The notes: generated from the letters alone by a model not told the origin. Counted from the first letter of the stretch, positions 24,288-34,365 are shown. The stretch: 64,000 bases of DNA from Sulfurimonas sp. (GCF_028694895.1 NZ_JAQVKA010000002.1:2963-66962), one strand, 5' to 3'. Program-made: numbers and translations.

Positions 24288-24936
24288 TAGTGATTTAGCT
24301 GACGTTTTAACTCAGTATCTCTCAAAGTTCAATATCTCGGTTAAGAACTTTCAAGACCCATTTTTGGCACTAAGTGCAATTGCCCTAGAAGAGTTTGATC
24401 TTATAATTTTAGATCTTACTCTTCCAGGCATGGATGGGTTAGAAGTGTGCAAAGAGTTGCTTAAAAAGTATGATATACCCATCATAATATCTAGTGCAAG
24501 AAGTGATATTACAGATAAAGTTATAGCGCTTGAACTTGGTGCTGATGACTACCTCCCAAAACCCTACGATCCAAGAGAACTTGAAGTTAGGATAAAAACT
24601 ATACTAAGACGCTTAAACAAATCAATACCAAAAGACATAGAAGAAAGAGAAGAGATATTTAGTCTGGATGAAGAAAAACAAGAGATAAAGAAAAATGGTA
24701 AGTTCATAAAATTCACCCCAGCAGAGTTTGCCATCATGTCTTTAATGTGCAAAAGAAAAGGTTTTGTAGTTTCAAGATATGATATTTTAGAGAGTTGTAA
24801 TCTTTTTAGTAGCGATGAAGATAGTGGAAGCATAGCAGTAATAGTAAATAGAATAAGAAATAAAATAGAAGATAATCCTAAAAACTCACAACACTTCTTA
24901 ACCATCAGAGGCATTGGATATAAGTTAGTAGAATGA
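24259..24936 (+). CDS. OmpR-family response regulator
   Basis: 225 aa. Receiver domain (DLIILDLTLPGMDG) and a winged-helix C-terminus (LTIRGIGYKL). Confidence 0.85.
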   Translation: MIKVAMVEDDSDLADVLTQYLSKFNISVKNFQDPFLALSAIALEEFDLIILDLTLPGMDGLEVCKELLKKYDIPIIISSARSDITDKVIALELGADDYLPKPYDPRELEVRIKTILRRLNKSIPKDIEEREEIFSLDEEKQEIKKNGKFIKFTPAEFAIMSLMCKRKGFVVSRYDILESCNLFSSDEDSGSIAVIVNRIRNKIEDNPKNSQHFLTIRGIGYKLVE

Positions 24937-26159
24937 ATAAGAACTCAATAACTTTCTCAATAACCATAACATTTGTTATATCTATGCTTTTAATTTTCGT
25001 TAGCTTTAGCATATTTTATAAAGTTAGCCAAAAAAGAGAAGAGGTTTTTAATCTAAATAGAGAGATGCAAGCTGTACATATATTTCTAAAAGAGTTAAGA
25101 CATAATGGCATAACAGAAGAACTCAAAGAAGATTTAGCTCTTATAAACTACTCGATTTTAAGTGAAAATGAGCAAAAAAAGATACTTGAGAATCCAAACT
25201 TAAAATATAAAAAATCACACCCTAGAGTTAATAAAAATGCACATGTAAAACGACTAATACTTCATAATAAAGAGTATGTTTACATAGAGACTAAAAGAGG
25301 CAATACTCTTTTAGCCTCTAACAATCAAGTTCAAAGTTATAGCGAAATTATTATAGCTATTTTTATATTTATATTTTTTGTATTTGTTTTTCTATACTTC
25401 ATAACATTAAAAAAGTTAAAACCGTTAAAAAGCCTAAAAGAGAAGGTTAAAAACTTTGCAGATGAGGAGTTTGATATCTCATGTGCTAGTGATAAAAAAG
25501 ATGAAATATCGCTTCTCGCAAATGAGTTTGACAAATCAGCTAAAAAGCTAAAAAAACTAAAAGATTCTAGAAATATTTTTATTAGAAATATTATGCATGA
25601 ACTAAAAACACCAATCACAAAAGGAAAATTTTTAACTGAACTCCCATTTAGCGCACAGAACAACACTAAGATGCAAAAAGTTTTTTATAGACTTGAATCA
25701 CTTATAAATGAGTTTGCTTCTATTGAGGAGTTGATCTCCACTAAAAAAATTCTTCAAACAAAAGAGTATTACTTAGAAGACATCATAGATAATGCTATTG
25801 ATATTTTGATGTGTGATGAGACAAGTGTAGTCGCGGAATATGAAAATATAACTCTAAAAGTTGACTTTAAACTATTTAGTATAGCTATAAAAAACCTCAT
25901 TGATAACGCTATCAAATACTCACCTGATAAAAAAGTAACTATAAAAACAGAAGGTTCAAAGGTAATCTTTCAAAATAGAGGAAAAGCTCTAGCGCATGAG
26001 CTAGAGAGATACTACGAGCCATTTTTTAGCTCAGATACCACAGAGTCAAACCAAAGTTTTGGACTTGGTCTCTACATTGTACAAAACATACTTCAAGCAA
26101 GTGGATACAAACTAGAATATGAGTACAAAGATGAATTAAATATTTTTAGCTTGCAATAA
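24933..26159 (+). CDS. sensor histidine kinase
   Basis: 408 aa. Two TM segments, H-box FIRNIMHELKTPIT, and ATPase N and G boxes (DNAIKYS, GLGLYIV). Confidence 0.8.
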   Translation: MNKNSITFSITITFVISMLLIFVSFSIFYKVSQKREEVFNLNREMQAVHIFLKELRHNGITEELKEDLALINYSILSENEQKKILENPNLKYKKSHPRVNKNAHVKRLILHNKEYVYIETKRGNTLLASNNQVQSYSEIIIAIFIFIFFVFVFLYFITLKKLKPLKSLKEKVKNFADEEFDISCASDKKDEISLLANEFDKSAKKLKKLKDSRNIFIRNIMHELKTPITKGKFLTELPFSAQNNTKMQKVFYRLESLINEFASIEELISTKKILQTKEYYLEDIIDNAIDILMCDETSVVAEYENITLKVDFKLFSIAIKNLIDNAIKYSPDKKVTIKTEGSKVIFQNRGKALAHELERYYEPFFSSDTTESNQSFGLGLYIVQNILQASGYKLEYEYKDELNIFSLQ

Positions 26160-26184
26160 ATAGTTAATTATCTTTAATTTTTTG

Positions 26185-26940
26185 TTACTTCATCACTTTT
26201 CTAGCGTTTAGTGGCTGAGTTGGTCTGTTGTTCTCATGTCCAAAAACATCAAAAAACTCTTTTACCTGCTCTTTTGATATAGTTGCGTACTCTTTTAGTA
26301 CAAACCATCTAACACCTTCACTACAAGGCGGTGTTGTAAGTGAGCCATTAAATCTAAAGTATGATTTGTCTTTTGGAAGCATATCATTCATCGTGCTTGA
26401 TGGAAGTCCACATGTTACTTTATCGCCAGCAACATGAGGCATTTTATCCCAAATCTTGCCAAGAATTTTATTCTCTTTCCCTTCTTCAAACATAAGTGCA
26501 ACAACTGCTAACTCTGCATCTTTTGAAGCATGCACAAGGTGTAGTTCAAGAGGAAAACTTTTACCTTCAATCATATTTTCACTAGGTGTATGAAAATGAA
26601 ACTGCACAAGATTAAAGACAATCCCATCTATTTTTATACTGCTGCCTTCTTTAACGTTAACTTGAATTGTATGTCCATTATTTACAACCTCAGTCGCATT
26701 AGTTTTATAGTTAAACTCTATATTTTCAAGCCCATTTGTAGCTACAACACCATCTTTTGAGATGTTGATTGGCGATTGAGAACGTCCATCTTTACATGCA
26801 CTATAATCAGGAGACAACTCTCCCCAGTTTTGTGGAGCCTCGTGTCCAGTATATCCCCAATGAGTCTCACTCCCTGCAAATACAGAGCCCCCTAATAACA
26901 TTGTCACTACACAGCTCGATAAAATCTTGCTTAATTTCAT
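26185..26940 (-). CDS. alpha-class carbonic anhydrase, periplasmic
   Basis: 251 aa with a signal peptide. HWGY...QSPINI, the HFHTPSEN...HLVH zinc histidines and SLTTPPC. Confidence 0.85.
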   Translation of the reverse strand: MKLSKILSSCVVTMLLGGSVFAGSETHWGYTGHEAPQNWGELSPDYSACKDGRSQSPINISKDGVVATNGLENIEFNYKTNATEVVNNGHTIQVNVKEGSSIKIDGIVFNLVQFHFHTPSENMIEGKSFPLELHLVHASKDAELAVVALMFEEGKENKILGKIWDKMPHVAGDKVTCGLPSSTMNDMLPKDKSYFRFNGSLTTPPCSEGVRWFVLKEYATISKEQVKEFFDVFGHENNRPTQPLNARKVMK

Positions 26941-27059
26941 ATATAAACCTTTGTTATAAATTTTGTCACAAATTGTACCTTATAAATTTTAAAGCTAGTT
27001 TTGTCTATTAGTAAAGTTAAAAAATTGATAAAATAATAATATTTAGATTAAAATAGCGC

Positions 27060-28307
27060 ATGAATAATAAAGTATATGACCTCATTGTAATTGGTAGCGG
27101 AGCTGCTGGAATAATGGCTGCAATTACTGCTGCAAGAGATGAAAAAAGTGTTCTTTTGCTAGAGAAACTACCACAAATTGCTGCAAAGTTAAAAGCAACT
27201 GGTGGCGGAAGATGTAACCTTACAAACACGCTTGAGAATAAAGAGTTTATGCAAAGGTTTGGAAAAAATGGGCGTTTTATGCAAGATACACTCAACCTAT
27301 TTGATAACAAATCACTCGTAGATTTTTTTAAAGAGATTGGTGTGGATACTCACGCACCTGATGGATTTAGGGTTTTTCCAACATCACACTCCTCTTCTAC
27401 TATCATCGAGGCACTTCTTGGTGAGATGCAAAGGATTGGCGTAGAGATATTAAAATCCCAGAGAGTTCAGACACTACTACATAAAGATGGCAAAATAGTT
27501 GGAGCGATAACAGAGTCCCAAACATTTTATGCAAAAAACATCATAGTAGCAACAGGCGGACTTGGATATCCAACACTTGGAGCCGAGGGCGATGGGCATG
27601 AGATGGCAAAAGATGCAGGACATAAAGTTACAGATCTTCATCCTGCCATGATGCCACTAAAAGCAAAAGAGAGTTGGGTGGAGAATTGCCGCGCTGATAC
27701 AATTGCAAAAGTTGAACTTAGAGTTGATATTAAAAAACATGTAAAAATAAAAGCTTTTGGAGATTTGATTTTTACAAAAAATGGTATCAGAGGTCCTGTT
27801 GTGCTTGACGCTGCAAGGGATTTAACTCCACTTCTTGATAAGTATGGAGAGGTGCCAATCTTACTCAACCTTACAAAAGGGATGAATGAGGAGCAACTCA
27901 CAAAACACTTAAGAGACGAAGTAGCAAAAAATCAGAGTGCAACTATCTTAGAGCTCCTTGGCACCCTACTCCCAACTCCTCTCTTGGGCGAGTTATGTAA
28001 TCTCGCTGGCATTGAGCCAAACCTAACATATGGCAAAATCTCAGGCGAGAGTAGAGCAAAACTCATCAAACTTCTTGCATGGACACCACTTACTATAACA
28101 GGCCATGATGGCTTTAAAATGGCGATGATTACACGAGGTGGGATTGATTTAAAAGAGATAGAGCCAAAAACTATGCAAAGCAGAGTTATAGAAGGACTTT
28201 ACTTTTGTGGAGAGATTATGAACCTTGATGGCCCATGTGGCGGTTATAATCTACAATGGAGCTTTTCAAGCGGTTACTTAGCAGGAAAACTCAAAAAAAA
28301 TATCTGA
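27060..28307 (+). CDS. NAD(P)/FAD-dependent oxidoreductase, HI0933/BaiN family
   Basis: 415 aa. VIGSGAAG FAD motif, GGGRCNLTN and C-terminal GGYNLQWSFSSG motifs. Confidence 0.8.
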   Translation: MNNKVYDLIVIGSGAAGIMAAITAARDEKSVLLLEKLPQIAAKLKATGGGRCNLTNTLENKEFMQRFGKNGRFMQDTLNLFDNKSLVDFFKEIGVDTHAPDGFRVFPTSHSSSTIIEALLGEMQRIGVEILKSQRVQTLLHKDGKIVGAITESQTFYAKNIIVATGGLGYPTLGAEGDGHEMAKDAGHKVTDLHPAMMPLKAKESWVENCRADTIAKVELRVDIKKHVKIKAFGDLIFTKNGIRGPVVLDAARDLTPLLDKYGEVPILLNLTKGMNEEQLTKHLRDEVAKNQSATILELLGTLLPTPLLGELCNLAGIEPNLTYGKISGESRAKLIKLLAWTPLTITGHDGFKMAMITRGGIDLKEIEPKTMQSRVIEGLYFCGEIMNLDGPCGGYNLQWSFSSGYLAGKLKKNI

Positions 28308-28842
28308 TAGAAGCAAAACCATAAGCTTTAGTTTTTGCAATCATCTCGACCTGTTCGTTTGTGAGTATCCCGCCAAGAGCAAAAACTTTTATCTTATACT
28401 TGTAAAGAAGCTCCTCCAAGTCATCAACACCTTTTGGCTCTCCTTTATGTGGAGAGGCAAAAATCGGGCTATATGTCACAGCATCAGCGCCAAGTTTCTG
28501 TGCTTGAAGTACTTCATCATGAGTGTGCGCACTTATCATCACTTCAAGGTTTTTGCTCTTTGCATTTTGTATCTCTAAGAACTGTTTTGATGTAAGATGA
28601 ACACCATCTGCTCCAAGAGCCTTAGCTAGGGAAATATCTTGGTGAATAAAGGATTTGATACCACCAATCTCTTTACATGTAAGAGTGAAGATAGAAGCTA
28701 AATCTTTATAATTTGTAGCTGTTTTATCACGAAAAAGTGCATACTCTGGCTTGTGTTTTTTTAGTTGTTCATATAATGTTTTAGAAAAAATATCACTATC
28801 TTGCGTATAAAATTCTCTTGATGTTATAAGGTATTTTTGCAT
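28291..28842 (-). CDS. thiamine phosphate synthase-like (TMP-TENI family) protein
   Basis: 183 aa. TIM-barrel pattern with GADGVHL, GADAVTYSPIF and ALGGI motifs. Confidence 0.55.
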   Translation of the reverse strand: MQKYLITSREFYTQDSDIFSKTLYEQLKKHKPEYALFRDKTATNYKDLASIFTLTCKEIGGIKSFIHQDISLAKALGADGVHLTSKQFLEIQNAKSKNLEVMISAHTHDEVLQAQKLGADAVTYSPIFASPHKGEPKGVDDLEELLYKYKIKVFALGGILTNEQVEMIAKTKAYGFASIRYFF

Positions 28843-29016
28843 TTTTGCTACTTTAGTATAAATTTACTGTTTTTTAAAAAAAGTTCATATCTGAGAATTA
28901 TACCTCGTAGCAATTAATAGAGCTTTTAGTGACGCCAATATGACATTTTTCATTAGATACTTTTAACTTCATATCCTATAAACTATCAAACTTTCTATAA
29001 GCGACAGGAGAAAATT

Positions 29017-31113
29017 ATGGTTGAAAATATATTAAAAAGAGATGGCACAAATAAAGAGTTTTTACCTTTCAAAATTGAAGATGCAATTAAAAAAGCGTTT
29101 AAATCTCAAAATGTTATCTATGATAGTTCAATCTTTTTTAATGTCCTTGATGAGCTTAAAACTAGAAGAGTTGTTGCTGTTGAAGACATTCAAGACTTAA
29201 TAGAAAAAGAGCTTTACAAATCAAGATATTTTGATGTAATGCGCTCTTTTATGATCTATCGTCACACTCACAAGATGCAAAGAGATAGCCTTCTTAACGA
29301 AGACACAACATATATAAATTCTACTCAAACTATTGAAGAGTATATCCTTGGAACTGACTGGCGTATTAAAGCTAACTCAAACACAGGTTATTCAAACGCT
29401 GGGCTTGTAAACAACACAGCAGGTAAAGTAATAGCAAACTACTGGCTTGATAAAATCTACTCAAAAGAGGAAGGCTATGCTCACCGTAATGGCGACTATC
29501 ACATCCATGATTTGGACTGTTTAACAGGATATTGTGCTGGTTGGTCTCTGCGTGTTTTACTTGATGAGGGATTTAACGGAGTAAGAGGTAGAGTTGAGAG
29601 TGATGCTCCAAGACACTTCAGAGAAGCACTAGGTCAGATGGCTAACTTCTTAGGGATACTTCAAAGCGAATGGGCTGGAGCACAAGCATTTAGCTCATTT
29701 GACACATATTTGGCGCCTTATGTATTTAAAGATAAACTCCCATATAATGAAGTAAAAAAGGCTATTAGAAGCTTTATTTATAACCTAAATGTACCAGCGC
29801 GTTGGGGTCAATCTCCTTTTACGAACATTACTATTGACTGGACTGTACCTGAAGACTTAAAAGATCAGATACCAACATCTAAGCAAGTACACCTCTTTAA
29901 AAACTTACTTGATAAAGAACTACAAGAGATGGCTCAACAAAGAGGATGTAACTCTATTAGTGAGATGACATATAAGCATTTCCAACCAGAGATGAATCAG
30001 ATAAACAAAGCTTACTACGAGATTATGACTGAGGGTGATTTAACTGGTCAACCATTTACATTTCCAATCCCAACTGTAAATATAACAGAAGATTTTGACT
30101 GGTATGGAGAAAACACAGATATACTTTTTGAAAATACTGCAAAAATTGGTTCATCATATTTTCAAAACTTCATTGGCTCTCAATATAAGCGTGATGCATC
30201 TGGAAATCTAGTTCCAAATGAAGAGGCTTATAAACCAGGACATGTAAGAAGTATGTGTTGTCGTCTGCAACTAGACTTGCGCGAACTACTCAAGCGTGGC
30301 GGTGGTCTTTTTGGAAGTGCTGAGATGACTGGAAGTATCGGAGTTGTAACTATAAACATGGCAAGACTTGGCTTTTTATATAAGGGAAGCAAAGAAGCTC
30401 TTTATACTCGTCTTGATCAACTAATGGAACATGCAAAAGTTACTCTAGAGAAAAAGAGAGTATTTATCCAAGAGATGTACGATAGAGGGCTTTACCCATA
30501 TACTAAGCGTTATCTGCCAGGGTTTAGAAATCACTTCTCAACTATCGGTGTTAATGGTATAAATGAGATGATTAGAAACTTTACAAGTGATGCTTATGAT
30601 ATCAGTGATAAAAGAGGCGAAGAGTTTGCTATTGAAATCTTAGAGTATATCAGAGGTAGAATGGTTGAGTTTCAAGAAGCAACTGGAAACCTCTACAACC
30701 TTGAAGCAACGCCTGCTGAGGGAACTACTTATAGATTTGCTAAAGAAGATAAGAAACGTTATGGCGATTCTATACTTCAAGCTGGAATGGGTGAGAATAT
30801 CTACTATACAAACTCATCTCAAATACCAGTTGATTTAACAAATGACCCATTTGAAGCGTTAACGCTTCAAGATGATCTGCAGTGTAAATACACTGGCGGT
30901 ACAGTTCTACATCTTTATATGCAAGAGAAAATCAGCTCAACTGAAGCGTGTAGAAAATTAGTTAAAAATGTAATAACGAACTTTAGACTTCCTTACATTA
31001 CGGTAACTCCACTCTTCTCAGTATGTCCAAAGCATGGATATATTGCAGGTGAGCATGAGTATTGTCCAAAGTGTGATGAAGAATTACTTAGCGATGCTAC
31101 AATCGCATCTTAA
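29017..31113 (+). CDS. nrdD: anaerobic ribonucleoside-triphosphate reductase large polypeptide; ends after the Zn-ribbon and lacks the glycyl-radical loop
   Basis: 698 aa. N-terminal ATP-cone, class III RNR core with the conserved thiyl-radical region (MCCRL), and a C-terminal CPKHG...YCPKC metal site. Stop at 31111-31113. Confidence 0.9.
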   Translation: MVENILKRDGTNKEFLPFKIEDAIKKAFKSQNVIYDSSIFFNVLDELKTRRVVAVEDIQDLIEKELYKSRYFDVMRSFMIYRHTHKMQRDSLLNEDTTYINSTQTIEEYILGTDWRIKANSNTGYSNAGLVNNTAGKVIANYWLDKIYSKEEGYAHRNGDYHIHDLDCLTGYCAGWSLRVLLDEGFNGVRGRVESDAPRHFREALGQMANFLGILQSEWAGAQAFSSFDTYLAPYVFKDKLPYNEVKKAIRSFIYNLNVPARWGQSPFTNITIDWTVPEDLKDQIPTSKQVHLFKNLLDKELQEMAQQRGCNSISEMTYKHFQPEMNQINKAYYEIMTEGDLTGQPFTFPIPTVNITEDFDWYGENTDILFENTAKIGSSYFQNFIGSQYKRDASGNLVPNEEAYKPGHVRSMCCRLQLDLRELLKRGGGLFGSAEMTGSIGVVTINMARLGFLYKGSKEALYTRLDQLMEHAKVTLEKKRVFIQEMYDRGLYPYTKRYLPGFRNHFSTIGVNGINEMIRNFTSDAYDISDKRGEEFAIEILEYIRGRMVEFQEATGNLYNLEATPAEGTTYRFAKEDKKRYGDSILQAGMGENIYYTNSSQIPVDLTNDPFEALTLQDDLQCKYTGGTVLHLYMQEKISSTEACRKLVKNVITNFRLPYITVTPLFSVCPKHGYIAGEHEYCPKCDEELLSDATIAS

Positions 31114-31116
31114 AAA

Positions 31117-31122
31117 AGGAGG
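31117..31122 (+). promoter_or_regulatory. Shine-Dalgarno (AGGAGG) for the glycyl-radical mini-ORF
   Basis: Perfect AGGAGG 7 nt upstream of ATG 31130. Confidence 0.6.
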
Positions 31123-31129
31123 CACAAGT

Positions 31130-31282
31130 ATGAGTAAGAATGAAGCTTTAGCTATGTTAAATGACAAGAGACAAAAGTGTACAGTTTACACAAGAGTAAT
31201 GGGTTATCACAGACCTGTTGAGAGTTTTAATGTAGGAAAAACTGGTGAGCACAAACAGAGAAAACAATTCACTGAGTGCTAA
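31130..31282 (+). CDS. NrdD glycyl-radical domain encoded as a separate 50-aa polypeptide
   Basis: MSKNEALAMLNDKRQKCTVYTRVMGYHRPVESFNVGKTGEHKQRKQFTEC. RVMGY...N.GK..E...R is the C-terminal glycyl-radical motif of class III RNRs. It is in a different frame from nrdD and has its own ribosome-binding site and ATG. Confidence 0.7.
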   Translation: MSKNEALAMLNDKRQKCTVYTRVMGYHRPVESFNVGKTGEHKQRKQFTEC

Positions 31283-31946
31283 TGTAATATATGACTTAAC
31301 GTCATTCACCCACTTAGATTACCAAGACCACCTATCTTGTATAGTGTGGTTTAGTGGGTGCAATATGAGATGTGATTACTGCTACAACAAAGATATAGTT
31401 TTTGCCAAAGATGGCAAGTTCAGCTACAGAGACATCCTTGATTTTTTAAAAACTAGAGTAAATCTACTAGAAGCAGTTGTTTTATCTGGTGGCGAAGCAA
31501 GCTCGCATGAACTTGTGCCATTTTGCCTCAAGATAAAAGAACTCGGATTTAAAATCAAACTAGATACCAACGGAACAAACTTTGCAAATGTAAAAGAGTT
31601 AATTGAACTTAATCTCCTAGATTATATTGCACTTGATTATAAAGCCCCAAAGGCAAAATTCACTCAAATAACGCACTCAAATAAATTTGATGAATTTAGT
31701 AAAACCCTTGATTTTTTGATAAAGCAAAATTTTGATTTTGAAGCTAGAACTACGCTTCATAGTGATTTGCTGGATTATAATGATATAAATGAGATTATGA
31801 GTGATTTAACAGAGCGTGGATATGCAAAAGAGTACTATATTCAAGAATTTGTAGAAACAGATTCAAATATTGGAGATTTAAAAAGCCCAAAAAATGCATT
31901 TAACAAAGCATTTCTCAAAAGTGACCTTAAAATTATTTTTAGATGA
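31245..31946 (+). CDS. nrdG: anaerobic ribonucleoside-triphosphate reductase activating protein (radical SAM)
   Basis: CNMRCDYCYN (CxxxCxxC) cluster motif and GGE SAM-binding motif. The GTG start at 31245 is uncertain and overlaps the mini-ORF by 38 nt. Confidence 0.85.
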   Translation: MSTNRENNSLSANVIYDLTSFTHLDYQDHLSCIVWFSGCNMRCDYCYNKDIVFAKDGKFSYRDILDFLKTRVNLLEAVVLSGGEASSHELVPFCLKIKELGFKIKLDTNGTNFANVKELIELNLLDYIALDYKAPKAKFTQITHSNKFDEFSKTLDFLIKQNFDFEARTTLHSDLLDYNDINEIMSDLTERGYAKEYYIQEFVETDSNIGDLKSPKNAFNKAFLKSDLKIIFR

Positions 31947-31991
31947 CATATATCAATAGAATTTATTTTAATTATTTGATAGAATACACCT

Positions 31992-33695
31992 ATGGAAAAT
32001 AAACTCAATAAAAGAGAGCGATATAAAGCTCAATTAAAACCAATAGATTATTACAAAGATTTTGAAGATATTGACTTTGAGAGTCTAAATGAAGCAGATA
32101 GATTTTATCTTCAAGATTTTGGAATATTCAATACTAATTTTCTTGAAGATGAGTTTACCATTCGCATCCGAATTCCTGGTGGAAAAATCAGTGCTTCGAA
32201 CTTTAAAAAGATAGCAGATATTGTTGATGAGTATGATTTAACAATCATCTTAACTGCAAGAGGCGGGATTCAGCTTCATGATGTTGAGGCCGAGAATGTT
32301 TTAGAGATACACAAACGCATAAACGCTCTTGGCGTATCTACGTGGCAAAGCTTTGGTGATAACGTTAGAAACATCATTACAGATGCCTATGATGGGTGTG
32401 GAGAGTTCTCTGTAATAGAAACTTATCCTCTAGTTATGGCGATGCATGATTATATTATAGAAAATCCTCGCTATGTTGGAATGTTGCCTAGGCGTATCTC
32501 TGTTGGAATATCTGGCAATCGCTCAAACGTGAGCTCGTTTTTTGCAAATGATCTATATTTTGCACTTGCAAAAAAAGATGGCGTTTTTGGATTTAATGTA
32601 TATATGGGTGGTAAAAATACGGATGTAGCTCAAAATGCTGATATATTTTTAGTAGAGAGTGAAGTTTTTAATTTTTTCAAAGCATTTATAGAAACATTTT
32701 ACATACATGGATCTCGCTTTTCAAGAGCAAAAACACGAATCTTTCATATGATAGAAGAGATAGGAATTGATGCGATTAAATCTCTAATCATACACGAATA
32801 TAAAAGTAATTTCCAAAGTCAAGGTGAGACAATCTTTGAAAAGACAAAGTTTACAGAGTTTCATAAACTAAAGAATGGCAAGTATGGATTTTGTTATCAA
32901 ACAGATTTTTCAAGACTAAAGAGCGATGAGATTAAAAACATAGCTTCATACGCTACAGAGAACTCTTTGGAAATTCGTCTTGGGATGGATCAAAATATCT
33001 ATCTAATTGGTTTAGATGAACCATCAACTACATTAAAATCACAAGCATTAAGTAGTACAATCGTTGCATGCGCTGGAAACCTTTGCCCTTACGCTGTTTG
33101 GAGCATTAAAGATGAGACTTCATACCTTCCATTAGAGAAAATAAATGAGCATAGTATTCAAGTTGGCTTCTCTGGTTGTGCTAAGGGATGTGGAAGACAT
33201 AAGCATACAGATATTGGGTTAATAGGCCTAAAAACAAACAACTTTGGAGATACTGATGGCGGAGCTAGAATTTTTATAGGGGCAAGTCACTCAGATGGTG
33301 CTTCTGCTGGAAGACAACTCTTCTCAATGGTACCTTTTATACATTTAGATAGTGTTGTCTCTTTGGCGATTAAGTTCTTTGAACTTAGCTCATATAGTGA
33401 TTTTGAAGAGTTTGCTACAAAGATATTTAACAACTACTCTGAGGAGTTTGTATCTTTATGGTTTTTAGCAAATTTAGAGACAGACAAATCTATAAAACTT
33501 CTAAGAATGGACTCTGCAACAACATTTGAGTATGAAGTAAAGTTACTAAAAAAAGAGTTTAGTGAACTTGATTTTTGGGAACATGTAGGTGAAAACTTCC
33601 ATGATGCTATCAGCTACCTATCCAAAAAATTGTGGACCATTGAGGGTGAAGATCCTAGGTATACACCAAAGATAGATAGAGTTAACTTTCGTTAA
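31992..33695 (+). CDS. nitrite/sulfite reductase family hemoprotein (siroheme-[4Fe-4S] type)
   Basis: 567 aa. NiR/SiR ferredoxin-like half-domain repeats (RIRIPGGKISA...ARGGIQLH). Cluster-binding cysteines CAGNLCPYA ... GCAKGCG. Confidence 0.7.
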   Translation: MENKLNKRERYKAQLKPIDYYKDFEDIDFESLNEADRFYLQDFGIFNTNFLEDEFTIRIRIPGGKISASNFKKIADIVDEYDLTIILTARGGIQLHDVEAENVLEIHKRINALGVSTWQSFGDNVRNIITDAYDGCGEFSVIETYPLVMAMHDYIIENPRYVGMLPRRISVGISGNRSNVSSFFANDLYFALAKKDGVFGFNVYMGGKNTDVAQNADIFLVESEVFNFFKAFIETFYIHGSRFSRAKTRIFHMIEEIGIDAIKSLIIHEYKSNFQSQGETIFEKTKFTEFHKLKNGKYGFCYQTDFSRLKSDEIKNIASYATENSLEIRLGMDQNIYLIGLDEPSTTLKSQALSSTIVACAGNLCPYAVWSIKDETSYLPLEKINEHSIQVGFSGCAKGCGRHKHTDIGLIGLKTNNFGDTDGGARIFIGASHSDGASAGRQLFSMVPFIHLDSVVSLAIKFFELSSYSDFEEFATKIFNNYSEEFVSLWFLANLETDKSIKLLRMDSATTFEYEVKLLKKEFSELDFWEHVGENFHDAISYLSKKLWTIEGEDPRYTPKIDRVNFR

Positions 33696-34365
33696 GTAAA
33701 AGCTGATACCCAAAACCTTTTATATTTTTTATAAGAAGTTTTGAGGTTTTTTCTCTAAAGCGTTTGATGAAAGTTCTAAGCCTCTCATCACTCGCATCAG
33801 CACCCCAAAGAGCCTCTTTGATAGACATATCATCGACCGTTCTGTTTTTAGAGTCTAGCAAAAGAGATAAAAACTTTATATCGTTTTTTGCTAGAGCAAT
33901 ATACTTCTCATTTTTATAAAGAGAGTTTGTGTTTTTATTAAAGACATAACAATCACTCAGCTTTACTATCTTATTTTCTATCTTTGAAGTTATACTGCTT
34001 ATATATTCTAGTAGTTCTTCCGCGTCAAAAGGCTTTAAGAAGTATTTTGTCACTCCAACATCTATAGCACCAAAGAGCTTCTCTTTTTCACTAAAAGCGC
34101 TTAGTATAATGATAGGAATATTTGGATTGATTCTCTTTAGCTCTTTTGCCATCTTTAGCCCATCAAGATGAGGCATCATGATATCAGTGATGACAATATC
34201 TGGTCTTATTTTTTTAAAAAGCTCTATCCCCTCTAGACCATCTTTTGCAATTGTAAAGCTATGAAAATTATCTCCAATCGCCTCTTTTAGCAGACGTGCT
34301 AGATTTTCTTCATCTTCAACAAGAACTATTTTTAAATCTTTGAGTGCTCTATTTTTCATGTTCAT
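33682..34365 (-). CDS. response regulator with winged-helix DNA-binding domain
   Basis: 227 aa. Receiver domain (IVITDIMMPHLDG) plus an OmpR/PhoB-like C-terminus. Confidence 0.8.
   Translation of the reverse strand: MNMKNRALKDLKIVLVEDEENLARLLKEAIGDNFHSFTIAKDGLEGIELFKKIRPDIVITDIMMPHLDGLKMAKELKRINPNIPIIILSAFSEKEKLFGAIDVGVTKYFLKPFDAEELLEYISSITSKIENKIVKLSDCYVFNKNTNSLYKNEKYIALAKNDIKFLSLLLDSKNRTVDDMSIKEALWGADASDERLRTFIKRFREKTSKLLIKNIKGFGYQLLLNES

Noticed and set aside
28891-28896. A CTGAGA motif followed by ACC in the thiE-like/nrdD intergenic region, reminiscent of the TPP riboswitch core.
   Set aside because: It is on the wrong strand to control the thiamine-related gene. The rest of the TPP aptamer consensus (the paired P2-P5 helices and the GGGG/CCC elements) is not present. 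I treat it as a chance hexamer.
31034-31129. N-terminal extension of the glycyl-radical mini-ORF (MDILQVSMSIVQSVMKNYLAMLQSHLKKGGTS...).
   Set aside because: This part overlaps the 3' end of nrdD in another frame and resembles no RNR sequence. The ATG at 31130 has a perfect AGGAGG 7 nt upstream, and the conserved sequence begins only after it.
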